Shown here: positions 17,776-26,721 of the stretch, piece after piece
Layout of the letters: every line of letters starts with the position of its first letter
Position numbering within the stretch: position 1 is the first letter of the stretch
NCBI GenBank assembly: GCA_964652975.1
Contig: CAZZCN010000003.1
Coordinates: forward strand, 29,976 to 93,975
Source: an uncultured Oscillospiraceae bacterium
GTDB taxonomy: Bacteria; Bacillota; Clostridia; Saccharofermentanales; UBA5734
Reading direction: 5' to 3'
DNA length: 64,000 nt
Position numbers and translations under genes: made by a program
The notes under the pieces: model-generated
Seen by the model: only the letters and a program-made list of their open reading frames with translations
Databases searched by the model: none
Told to the model about the DNA's origin: nothing

Positions 17776-19862
17776 TCTCCCTTCTCCAATTCTATTTCAA
17801 ACAATCTCGCCTCAAATTCCTTTTCAAATTTAACAGTTAATTTCTTGTTATCATATTGGTAGTTTGTATTCATTTCCTTAGGATAACCAACTTTGATCGA
17901 GCTTATATTTAAATCCTGAAGTGGTATCTCAACAGTTCCATCAGAACCCAGATTATAAACTGACAAATAACATATTCTGTCTGTTTTAATGCCCGCTATT
18001 GCTGTTTTTTCTCCCCAATAACATAACCCCAGGGGCCAATAGGGATCTGAATGCTTCTTGTTATCAGACATTAAATTGTAGTATTGAATTCCTTCTTTAA
18101 TCAATGCTGTTTTTTCTGCATCCAATAAATCAATTGAGCTGCTCAAGTGCAATCTACCAAGCATTGAATTAATCATATTCATTGCTACACTTTCATTGGT
18201 AACTGTTAATACATCCTGTTTATCCTCAATCGGGTAACTCCATACAGCTGATTGTTCCGGTGTAACAGCAGTTATCATATTTGAAACAATGTATGGATAT
18301 TTTTTATAATCAGTTTGGTCAGATGTTGACTGAATACTATGTAAGGACATTAGAGCATAATCCATCCTCTGTCCACCACTTGCACAATTTTCAATTACTA
18401 AATCAGGATATTTTTTAAATACACTTTCAATCCAGCATCTATAAGCACGACTATGATCCAGAAGGCCATCTCCAAGACTGCAGGAATTCAAATCAGTTCC
18501 TGGACCGCTGCATTGATTATAATCAATTTTTATATAATCCACCTCATAGTCATTGACGACTCTATCTATAAGTTCATTCATTCTTTTGATAACTTTTTGA
18601 TTGCGAAAATCAAGCTGATAGCGCCCTGAATTTATTACCTTTTTCCCATTTCTTTGGAAGAAGCAGTCATCTTCCCACATATCAATTGCATTCCCTCTTA
18701 TTCCAACCGCTTCTAATTCAAGCCAAAGACCAGTTTTTAACCCTAACCCTTTTATATAATCCAGTGTATTTTTTAGTCCATTTGGATATCTCTTTTTGCT
18801 TTCGATCCAGTTCCCGATATAAAGCCAACAATCATCTTCTTCATCATGCCATGCACAATCAATAACATAATAATCAATTCCTAATAGAGCTGCATATTTT
18901 GCAAGCTTTTTGCTGTTTTCTTCTGTTGGAAAGTTCCAAGCACAGTGCATATACTCATTAAATATAGTAGGGAGTTTTTCATTGTCTTCATTTTTTCTCC
19001 TGATTCCCCTTCTATATCGTGTAATATTCCCAAAAACTGAATTGACGCTGTTCCCAACAGTTATGGCGGCAATTACAGAAACGAATTTTTCTCCCGGATT
19101 TAAAAATTTACTCCATAAATTATCGGATAAATTAGGTCCTCCAATATTAAAATAAATACTGCTAAAGTAATCCCCTATTTCATAGTGCCAGCTTCCGTTG
19201 TTTTCTATCTGAAATAATAAAAACTGATTGTTTCTTGTATCCTCCACCATGCCCATTGGCAGCTGCTCCTTGCTTGACCAACTTCCTGTATTTGTAGCAT
19301 TTACTCTTTTCAGGGTTGTGGAATGGTTTCCGCTGAAGATACCCAAATCCATGAGCCTGACTTTTCTCCATTGACATTCGCAGTGCCAGCTATTGGTTGG
19401 AATATAATAGTCTAAATATTCATAAGGTTTATCTCCAAAAACGCCATATAATGCAAATGAACTAAGATGTTCAACACAAATTTTTTCTTCAGAAATATTT
19501 TCAATTTCATTATAACTTCTTAATGTGTTTGTCCCATAATAAACTTCGTAATAAGTTTTAACTTCGAAATTAAGATTTTTTTGAACTATTTTAAGTGTTT
19601 TCTTATTTTCAAAAGTGATTATGGAATGTTCAACATATTTTAAAGTTGTAGCTTCACTTGTTGATATATGCCTTGCCCCTCTGTGACCAAAATTTTCGCC
19701 CCCGGAAATTTGTAGCTCAACTAAATATGATTTGATCATGAGAGATTCGTTTTTTTCTTTTTCATAGCATATCCCACAAAAATCAATCAATCGAATTTCA
19801 TTATCATCATTAATCAGAAATTGCATACTGACATTATCTTGTTCAAAGTTAAATGATTTCAT
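17772..19862 (-). CDS. GH36 alpha-galactosidase / alpha-N-acetylgalactosaminidase family enzyme, cytoplasmic
   Basis: 696 aa. 'VDYIKIDYNQC' and 'ENCASGGQRMDY' match the GH36 KxDxN and CxxGGxRxD motifs. No signal peptide. Confidence 0.8.
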   Translation of the reverse strand: MKSFNFEQDNVSMQFLINDDNEIRLIDFCGICYEKEKNESLMIKSYLVELQISGGENFGHRGARHISTSEATTLKYVEHSIITFENKKTLKIVQKNLNFEVKTYYEVYYGTNTLRSYNEIENISEEKICVEHLSSFALYGVFGDKPYEYLDYYIPTNSWHCECQWRKVRLMDLGIFSGNHSTTLKRVNATNTGSWSSKEQLPMGMVEDTRNNQFLLFQIENNGSWHYEIGDYFSSIYFNIGGPNLSDNLWSKFLNPGEKFVSVIAAITVGNSVNSVFGNITRYRRGIRRKNEDNEKLPTIFNEYMHCAWNFPTEENSKKLAKYAALLGIDYYVIDCAWHDEEDDCWLYIGNWIESKKRYPNGLKNTLDYIKGLGLKTGLWLELEAVGIRGNAIDMWEDDCFFQRNGKKVINSGRYQLDFRNQKVIKRMNELIDRVVNDYEVDYIKIDYNQCSGPGTDLNSCSLGDGLLDHSRAYRCWIESVFKKYPDLVIENCASGGQRMDYALMSLHSIQSTSDQTDYKKYPYIVSNMITAVTPEQSAVWSYPIEDKQDVLTVTNESVAMNMINSMLGRLHLSSSIDLLDAEKTALIKEGIQYYNLMSDNKKHSDPYWPLGLCYWGEKTAIAGIKTDRICYLSVYNLGSDGTVEIPLQDLNISSIKVGYPKEMNTNYQYDNKKLTVKFEKEFEARLFEIELEKGD

Positions 19863-19884
19863 AATTATTTTTCTTTCTCCCTCT

Positions 19885-21765
19885 TTACTGAACTCCCAAA
19901 CAATTAACCGTAGATATGTACTCCCAGTTGTTATACAAAATCATTCTTGATTTTCCAAAATTATTTTCATTTCCAAAAATATCAAGTTGGTCTTCTTCCA
20001 ATTCATCTATAATACTAATTTCACTATTAACAAATTGTTCTAAACGCTTTTTACAACTCTCGATTCTAAGCAAAAGCCCGCCAAATCTGATATCCTGAAC
20101 ATCAAAACCATGTGGCTTGTTTTCTAAGAACCATTGCTCTTTAAACGCTTCATATAATGCTTTGATTTTAACTAAAATCTGAGTATAGTCATTTGATATC
20201 AGTATTTTTATTGCTGCTAAATCTTTTTGTTTATAAGCTTTTCTTGTTTTGATGCCAAGAACAATTTTTATTTCCAAAACTTCTGTTAATGCTTTAAGTG
20301 TTTTAAAAATATATGAAAATTCGCTGCATTCATTTTGAGCTTTTGCGATTTTAGGTAAATTTATTTTATATGTTTCTTTATCCTCCGGTGTAATAGCTGT
20401 ATCTAAAACACCATTAAAGCAATCATCATACAAAATATATCTATTTGAATTGTTAAGTTCCTTAGGATTTTCACTTGTGCTCAATCTATTTGCCAGGTCA
20501 ACACTCATAAATGTATCAAAATCACATTTTGCACAAGCTTTAAATGCCGAATAAAATTCTTTACTTTTCGCTTCATATCCATAAAGAGTTTCTGAATACA
20601 AAACCAAAGTAGGCAAAACGCTGAATATCGAGCATTCTCCACCGCCATCGCCCCAAGCCGTAACCAAAACATCCTTTATTCCATTTTCCAGACAAGAGTT
20701 AAGTGCAATGGAGGAAGTAAACATGCTAAATCTGTTATCTGGCACGAAACCAATCCATTTCATTGCTCCTCCGGCAAAGGTTATAGGATTATTAAACATT
20801 TTGTGTTTTTTTATCATGCCGTCATAATGGCTAATTTCATCACCAAAATAATCCCAATATATGAGAGTAACTTCTTTTGGTACGTGCTTTGTAATTTCCT
20901 CTGTAATAACAGCTTTATTATTATATTCTCCCTTGGCAGCAAGTCTAAAGAACATATCGCTCCACATGGATGGCTGAAAACCATATTTATTGCATATTTC
21001 GACAATTATTTTTAAGTGGTCAGCCATAATTTTATTTCTGCCCACAAACCCATGAGTATCTAGATATTTACCTAACCCAAGCATATGAGCTTCATCCATA
21101 CCAATATTTACTTTTCTACTGGTAAAACATTCAGAAAGTGTTTTAAAAATGTTGTCAATCAGCTTATATGTTCTTTCACTGCCCACCAGTAAAATATCGT
21201 TGTAATCAATAATTTCCTGATAAGGCTCCCACTTTGTGATAGACTTTAAATGTGCAAGTGTTTGAATGCAGGGCATCAGCTCAATACCAAAACAATTTCC
21301 ATAATAATCGAGTTCTTTTAACTCTTCTTTACTATATCTTCCTCTGAAATGTCCGAAATAAGGCTCATCTTCAACCTCAAATGTATCTTCAGTATATAAT
21401 TGTAAATATGTATAGCCCAACATTGAAATTTTACGAATTAGTTTTTTTACTGTTTCTATTTTGGGAACTGCATTTCTTGAACAATCAACCATTAAGCCGA
21501 GATCTTCTACTTTGCAAGTTTCATTAATAATAAAATCAGTATTATTAGCGTTTTCAATATATATTCTGAAACCTCTAAAAAATTCTGATAAATGCGAATA
21601 CTCAATTAGCACCTCGTTTGATTTGCATATTACATTAAGCCCATTATTTATTTGATAAGCTTTTAAAATTACTCCGTCATTACCGATTTCAAAATTCAAG
21701 TCTTTTTGCAATTCAGTAATTGCTGATTTCTTAATATTATCTAAATTTTCAAAATTTATATTCAA
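19885..21765 (-). CDS. GH20 beta-N-acetylhexosaminidase (GcnA-like, with C-terminal helical domain), cytoplasmic
   Basis: 626 aa. 'LGLMVDCSRN' and 'VNIGMDEAH' (the D-E pair) match GH20 motifs. The start is TTG, 7 nt after AAGGAGCG. No signal peptide. Confidence 0.75.
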   Translation of the reverse strand: MNINFENLDNIKKSAITELQKDLNFEIGNDGVILKAYQINNGLNVICKSNEVLIEYSHLSEFFRGFRIYIENANNTDFIINETCKVEDLGLMVDCSRNAVPKIETVKKLIRKISMLGYTYLQLYTEDTFEVEDEPYFGHFRGRYSKEELKELDYYGNCFGIELMPCIQTLAHLKSITKWEPYQEIIDYNDILLVGSERTYKLIDNIFKTLSECFTSRKVNIGMDEAHMLGLGKYLDTHGFVGRNKIMADHLKIIVEICNKYGFQPSMWSDMFFRLAAKGEYNNKAVITEEITKHVPKEVTLIYWDYFGDEISHYDGMIKKHKMFNNPITFAGGAMKWIGFVPDNRFSMFTSSIALNSCLENGIKDVLVTAWGDGGGECSIFSVLPTLVLYSETLYGYEAKSKEFYSAFKACAKCDFDTFMSVDLANRLSTSENPKELNNSNRYILYDDCFNGVLDTAITPEDKETYKINLPKIAKAQNECSEFSYIFKTLKALTEVLEIKIVLGIKTRKAYKQKDLAAIKILISNDYTQILVKIKALYEAFKEQWFLENKPHGFDVQDIRFGGLLLRIESCKKRLEQFVNSEISIIDELEEDQLDIFGNENNFGKSRMILYNNWEYISTVNCLGVQ

Positions 21766-22081
21766 ATTTTTTCGCTCCTTTATCTCTTTTACAATTACAT
21801 TATAATTTTTATATATATTAATTCAACATTATAAATACATATTTAATTCATTTAATCGCTTATAAAGTTACTTTTTGCTACTTTTAATTGACTTTATCTA
21901 TGTTTATGATATAATTACAACAAAATCTTCAAATTAGCATGATTTTTTATCTAATTTAAATATTGTTCTCTACCTATTGTAAATTACATTTAGCACTAAT
22001 TTAATATGAAAAATAAGTTATTGATTTTACAACTACAATTCACTCATATTATAATATAATTTAATTGAAAGAAAGGAGATT

Positions 22082-23059
22082 ATGAAAATGGATTTTAAAT
22101 CCGTTGATTGGTTTAAATTAGCTGGATACTACTCAGAAAACTTTGAAGAATATGACATGGTACCTCATTCACATATTCGTACTGAAATCATGTATTGTAA
22201 ATCAGGTGAATGTTCAATATCTTACGATTCAGCCGATCATAAAGCTGAAAAAATAATTCATCTCAGTCAAGGAGAATTTGTTATTGTGAATCCTGAAACT
22301 CCGCATAAACTTTCTAAAGGAAAGGGCGGGTTAGCCTTTATTTACAATTTAGAATTTATATATATTCATCCAACCTACGGAACAATTTTTACCATTAACA
22401 GCTTCTTAAAAGATTGCAAAGGTTTTATTAATATGCTAAAAGAACCTTTGATTAAATTAAATGATAATGGGCACATTTACCATCTGATCGAAATGATTCA
22501 ACGCACGAGCGAAGATTTAGGATTAGATAATAGTAATACTTATTTGGATACATTAATTTATGCATTGTTTTATAATATTTATCATTGCTATGAGAAAAAT
22601 CTTTATGTAAACATAGGATATAAATATTTAAAAGAAGCTATCAAATATATTGAAAATAATTATAGTTTAGATATTAATATTTCCGACATTGCTAAAGAAG
22701 TCGGTATTAGTCAGTCCTATTTACGTAAGCTGTTTAATCAAATTCTTAATACTAATATTATTAATTTTATTAATACACACAGAATCGAGAAATCAAAATC
22801 GTTATTACATAATTCAACTATTTCAATAGAAAAAATCTCTTTATTAGTTGGCTTTACCTCAAGACAAAATTACACAAAAACCTTTAAAAGACTTGTAGGA
22901 AAAGAACCTACTCAATTCAGAAAGGACTTAGAAACTTTTAAAATGTATAAATACATACAGGGAGTTGGCACCTTTAACACGATACATATCAAGAGTGACC
23001 AAGATCAGAGTAAACCTGAATATGAAGGTGTATCAAAGATATATTACCCTGAAAAATAG
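22082..23059 (+). CDS. AraC family transcriptional regulator (cupin sensor + HTH)
   Basis: 325 aa, divergent from the glycan block. The C-terminal HTH reads 'ISDIAKEVGISQSYLRKLF..FTSRQNYTKTFKRLVGKEPTQFR'. The RBS is AAAGGAGATT. Confidence 0.85.
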   Translation: MKMDFKSVDWFKLAGYYSENFEEYDMVPHSHIRTEIMYCKSGECSISYDSADHKAEKIIHLSQGEFVIVNPETPHKLSKGKGGLAFIYNLEFIYIHPTYGTIFTINSFLKDCKGFINMLKEPLIKLNDNGHIYHLIEMIQRTSEDLGLDNSNTYLDTLIYALFYNIYHCYEKNLYVNIGYKYLKEAIKYIENNYSLDINISDIAKEVGISQSYLRKLFNQILNTNIINFINTHRIEKSKSLLHNSTISIEKISLLVGFTSRQNYTKTFKRLVGKEPTQFRKDLETFKMYKYIQGVGTFNTIHIKSDQDQSKPEYEGVSKIYYPEK

Positions 23060-23553
23060 AGAAAGTTTGTTGCCATTTGTGTTTTCTTGGTAATCGTAAA
23101 CGCTTGCACCGTTGTAAAGAGTCCGTATGCTGACATAGTTGCGTGTCCATAGATTACCAGATATAATTGGCAAAGTAAATAATATGGAAGGAATAAAAAG
23201 GCCCGTGTGTTGTAGCCCTATATCCATTAGAGCATCCCGAAGCCTTGCAAACTAAATGCATGGTAATTGTATCAAATTTCAAGCAATTTGTGGATAGGAA
23301 AATAAAATATTTACGATTACGGGGACGCAAATTGGCGGTTTGTTGTTTTCTAATTACAGCAACCCGTCATACGCCTGCCGATCGCCTCGACGGCACTGGC
23401 CTAGCGCTCACTGACGGCGTATGCATAAATATTTATCGTGGTGGATGACAATTATTTAACTAATCGTATTACAATGGTATTACAATGAAACGACTAAGAG
23501 GCTCCAAAACCTACCAAATTTTACTGTTTTCTCGTTTTTTGAATTCCGGGTAT

Positions 23554-23592
23554 TAAAAAGCCCCAAATGCAATGATATCAGCGTTTGAGGCT
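23554..23592 (-). terminator. intrinsic terminator of the tRNA operon
   Basis: On the minus-strand RNA, AGCCUCAAA pairs with UUUGGGGCU (9 bp including one G-U). This is followed by UUUUU, immediately 3' of tRNA-Cys. Confidence 0.6.
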
Positions 23593-23599
23593 CTTGTTT

Positions 23600-23674
<75 letters not shown>

Positions 23675-23715
23675 TTATAATTTAAAGGCCAACCTTTGAA
23701 AGATCGGCCTTTAAC

Positions 23716-23790
23716 TGGAGCGGGATACGAGATTCGGACTCGCGACTTTCACCTTGGCAAGGTGACACTCTACCACTGAGTTAATCCCGC
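23716..23790 (-). tRNA. tRNA-Gly (GCC)
   Basis: The reverse complement is GCGGGATTAACTCAGTGGTAGAGTGTCACCTTGCCAAGGTGAAAGTCGCGAGTCCGAATCTCGTATCCCGCTCCA. The anticodon loop is TTGCCAA. Confidence 0.93.
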
Positions 23791-23807
23791 ACATTGACCA
23801 TATCTTT

Positions 23808-23882
23808 TGGTGACCCGTAGGAGAATCGAACTCCTGTCTTCGCCGTGAAAGGGCGATGTCTTGACCGCTTGACCAACGGGCC
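23808..23882 (-). tRNA. tRNA-Glu (TTC)
   Basis: The reverse complement is GGCCCGTTGGTCAAGCGGTCAAGACATCGCCCTTTCACGGCGAAGACAGGAGTTCGATTCTCCTACGGGTCACCA. The anticodon loop is CTTTCAC. Confidence 0.93.
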
Positions 23883-23890
23883 TTATAAAA

Positions 23891-23967
23891 TGGTAGCGGC
23901 GGTCGGGTTCGAACCAACGACCCTTCGGGTATGAACCGAACGCTCTGGCCAACTGAGCTACGCCGCC
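23891..23967 (-). tRNA. tRNA-Met (CAT), elongator-like
   Basis: The reverse complement is GGCGGCGTAGCTCAGTTGGCCAGAGCGTTCGGTTCATACCCGAAGGGTCGTTGGTTCGAACCCGACCGCCGCTACCA. It lacks the three G-C pairs of initiator anticodon stems. A tRNA-Ile2 (lysidine) identity cannot be excluded. Confidence 0.85.
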
Positions 23968-24006
23968 ATATTGAAAAATATGTTTGCTCTCGCAATGTGC
24001 TATGTA

Positions 24007-24035
24007 ATATTATCAGTCACTTGAGTTTTTGTCAA
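24007..24035 (-). promoter_or_regulatory. sigma-A type promoter of the tRNA operon
   Basis: On the minus strand: TTGACA, a 17-nt spacer, then TAATAT, about 35 nt upstream of tRNA-Met. Confidence 0.55.
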
Positions 24036-24059
24036 TACCCAAATTTACTGTCATAGTGC

Positions 24060-24596
24060 CTAAAACTCAATTCCTTTTCGTGCATTTATACCTCTGTCGT
24101 AAGGGTGTTTGACCTTGTTAATGCAAGACACGTAATCCGCCAGCTCGATGAATTCAGGTAAAGGGTTTCGGCCGGTAAGGACCACCTCTAGATTTGCAGG
24201 TTTGCTTATAAGAAAATCAAGCACCATATCCTTGTCAATGTAGCCATACGAGGTCGCTCCGATCATCTCGTCAAGGACAAGCAGGACCTTTTGGGACGGG
24301 TCGATTTCGGCAACGGCTTCAATGGATTTTTGGAACATTAGCTCATGAAGCTCAATCATATGCTCCTTCTGGGCTTTGTTGAGCTCCCATGTGTAGGCTT
24401 TGTAGAGGTCGGCATGAATGACTTTTACATTGGGCATGCTTTCCAGTATTCTAAGTTCGGAAGATTCGCCGCCTTTGAAACACTGCATGATTACAACCTT
24501 GTAACCTGCACCGCTGGATCTGACTATAAGGCCTAGGGACGCGGTTGTCTTCCCCTTGCCCTCGCCGCAGTATATATGTATAAGACCGTTTTCCAA
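24060..24596 (-). CDS. cobO: cob(I)yrinic acid a,c-diamide adenosyltransferase (CobO/BtuR family)
   Basis: 178 aa with the P-loop 'IHIYCGEGKGKTTASLGL'. Size and layout are typical of the family. Confidence 0.8.
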   Translation of the reverse strand: MENGLIHIYCGEGKGKTTASLGLIVRSSGAGYKVVIMQCFKGGESSELRILESMPNVKVIHADLYKAYTWELNKAQKEHMIELHELMFQKSIEAVAEIDPSQKVLLVLDEMIGATSYGYIDKDMVLDFLISKPANLEVVLTGRNPLPEFIELADYVSCINKVKHPYDRGINARKGIEF

Positions 24597-24676
24597 AAAT
24601 GTTCCTCCTGAAAATAATAATGTGTAAACGTAGATGCTATTAATCGGTATAACTGCAATGTGCCTTTATAGATGAA

Positions 24677-26296
24677 TCATTTATTACGCTTTTTCTTCGA
24701 CCACTTCATCGCCAGTGTCAAAATCTGAGACGTAAATTTTGCAAGGTCCGAGTTTGCACCGCCCTCGTTTTCACGAATGACCTTGAGCAGGTGGTCTCCG
24801 GATTCCATAAGTCGCACATAGGCATCGGAAACCTTGCGTGGCTTTATCTTTTCTTGCTTGCGCACCACTTCTATTCTTAGACCTTCGTCTATCAGTGAAT
24901 TGCGCATAAAATCAAATTTCGAGCGATAATTCGGTGCGATTACACTGTGCCCAAGATCTGTGAGAGTGGTGGAAAACGCTTCAACAACGCTTGTTTCACC
25001 ATGTATTACAAAAACTTTCTGAGGCTTTGGAGAATATGAGCCAATCCATTTGAGCAGTCCGGATTTATCTGCATGGGCCGAGAGGCCACGGAAATTTACG
25101 ATTTTGGCTGCTACGATAATCTCTTCACCGAATAGCTTCACATGCTTGATACCGTCAAGAATCATACGCCCAAGCGTTCCATTTGCCTGATATCCGACAA
25201 AAACTATTGAGCATTCTTTTCTCCATAAATTATGCTTTAAGTGGTGACGGATTCTGCCGGCATCGCACATGCCACTTGCGGATATAATGACCTTGGGTTC
25301 TGTGTCTTCGTTCAGTTTTTTTGATTCCTCAGTGGTTTCTGTTATTCTGAGCCCCTCAAACTGTGTCGGATGAAATCCATCATTTATAACTTTTATTGTT
25401 TCATCGTCTGCATAACCTTTTAGATTCCCGTCGTAGATGCGAGTAGCTGCTCCTGCAAGCGGGCTGTCGACGAATACTTTGAAGTTCGGAATGCTTTTTA
25501 CAAGATTCTTTTCCTTCATTTCACGTATGAAATACAGCAGTTCCTGCGTTCTTCCAACCGCAAACGAAGGGATTATGACATTCCCGCCTTTTCCCAGCGT
25601 CTCGTCTATCAGTTGCGCAAGGTCATTTACATAGTCACCGCTGTGTTCGTGGTCACGGTCGCCGTATGTGCTTTCCATTACAACATAATCCGCATCTTTT
25701 ATATATTGGGGATCCCTTATTATGGGCTGGTTCAAGTTTCCTATGTCTCCGGAAAACACAATTTTCTTCGTTGTGCCTTTTTCTGTCATCCAGACATGTA
25801 TGCTTCCAGAGCCGAGCAGATGTCCGGCATCGGTAAACATGAAAGAGATTCCTTCGTCCATTTTTACCACTGTTTTGTATTCGCAGGGTACAACGAGTCG
25901 CAGGGTGTCCTCGACATCTTCAATCGTGTACATCGGTACAGCCAGGTCCTTGCCGGACCTTTTGCCCTTTTTGTTATCCCACTGCGCGTCCATCATCTGG
26001 ATGTGTGCGCTGTCTCTAAGCATTATTGTAATCAGGTCAAATGTAGCGCGGGTTGTAAAAATCCTGCCGCTAAATCCGTTTTTTACAAGAAGCGGAAGCC
26101 TTCCGCTGTGGTCTATATGTGCGTGGGTCAATAAAACAGCATCGATTTCATTCGAGTTGAAAGGAAAAAACTGATTGTCCTTCTCATCCTCTCCCTGCTG
26201 CATTCCGCAGTCTATCAAAACCCTTGCATCGTCTACCTCGAGTTGATAGCAGCTGCCGGTAACCTCTTTTGCTGCTCCGTAAAATGACAATTTCAT
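24677..26296 (-). CDS. MBL-fold beta-CASP family ribonuclease
   Basis: 539 aa. It carries the metallo-beta-lactamase motif 'LLTHAHIDHSGRLPLL' and beta-CASP-type C-terminal motifs ('ESTYG', 'LSAHAD'). Confidence 0.8.
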   Translation of the reverse strand: MKLSFYGAAKEVTGSCYQLEVDDARVLIDCGMQQGEDEKDNQFFPFNSNEIDAVLLTHAHIDHSGRLPLLVKNGFSGRIFTTRATFDLITIMLRDSAHIQMMDAQWDNKKGKRSGKDLAVPMYTIEDVEDTLRLVVPCEYKTVVKMDEGISFMFTDAGHLLGSGSIHVWMTEKGTTKKIVFSGDIGNLNQPIIRDPQYIKDADYVVMESTYGDRDHEHSGDYVNDLAQLIDETLGKGGNVIIPSFAVGRTQELLYFIREMKEKNLVKSIPNFKVFVDSPLAGAATRIYDGNLKGYADDETIKVINDGFHPTQFEGLRITETTEESKKLNEDTEPKVIISASGMCDAGRIRHHLKHNLWRKECSIVFVGYQANGTLGRMILDGIKHVKLFGEEIIVAAKIVNFRGLSAHADKSGLLKWIGSYSPKPQKVFVIHGETSVVEAFSTTLTDLGHSVIAPNYRSKFDFMRNSLIDEGLRIEVVRKQEKIKPRKVSDAYVRLMESGDHLLKVIRENEGGANSDLAKFTSQILTLAMKWSKKKRNK

Positions 26297-26329
26297 ATGA
26301 CAGGTCTCCTTCCAAGTGTAAATAATAAG

Positions 26330-26520
26330 TGTTTGTCGTTTGTGGTTTTATATATTTGTAAGGGATATGGTTTGCCGTTTGTTTTTGTTTGCAAATGTGT
26401 TAGTTGTTGTCTGTAGTTTGGGGTGTTGTGTGTTTGTAAGGGTTATGGTTTGCCGTTTGTCCTGGCTAGGTTTATGGTCTGGTTTTGGTTTGATGTTTAT
26501 TTGTAAGAGTTATGATATAT
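26330..26520. repeat. G+T-skewed tandem-repeat tract
   Basis: TTTGTAAGGG[AT]TATGGTTTGCCGTTTGT occurs at 26355..26382 and 26433..26460, with a partial third copy at 26500. By hand count there are only about 11 C in ~186 nt on the + strand. Confidence 0.8.
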
Positions 26521-26582
26521 TATAAGTTTCTTTTGAGTTTTTTGCCATGCTTTATGAAAAATTATTTTGTGTTTTCGTTTAG

Positions 26583-26683
26583 TATAGCGTTTTAAATTAT
26601 TTTATATAATTCATGTGCCATCAAAACGCATTCGGCAAACTATTTATTAGTATTTACAATTGTATAACATAAATAAGTTTGCT
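26583..26683 (+). repeat. dispersed intergenic repeat family 1, copy A (~100 bp)
   Basis: It aligns along its length with the reverse complement of 47509..47610. Shared blocks are TATAGCGTTTT, ATCAAAACGCATTCGGCAAACTATTT and ACATAACATAAATAAGTTTGCT. Confidence 0.85.
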
Positions 26684-26721
26684 ATAGATCTTACCCTCTT
26701 GCAAGCTCATGGCAGTTTATT

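Noticed and set aside
23711-23995. 94-aa and 60-aa minus-strand ORFs
   Set aside because: They lie entirely over the tRNA-Gly, tRNA-Glu and tRNA-Met genes. The cloverleaf folds and anticodons explain the sequence.
26340-26525. 61-aa Cys/Val/Phe-rich ORF
   Set aside because: It is an artefact of the G+T-only composition of the tandem-repeat tract. There is no RBS.
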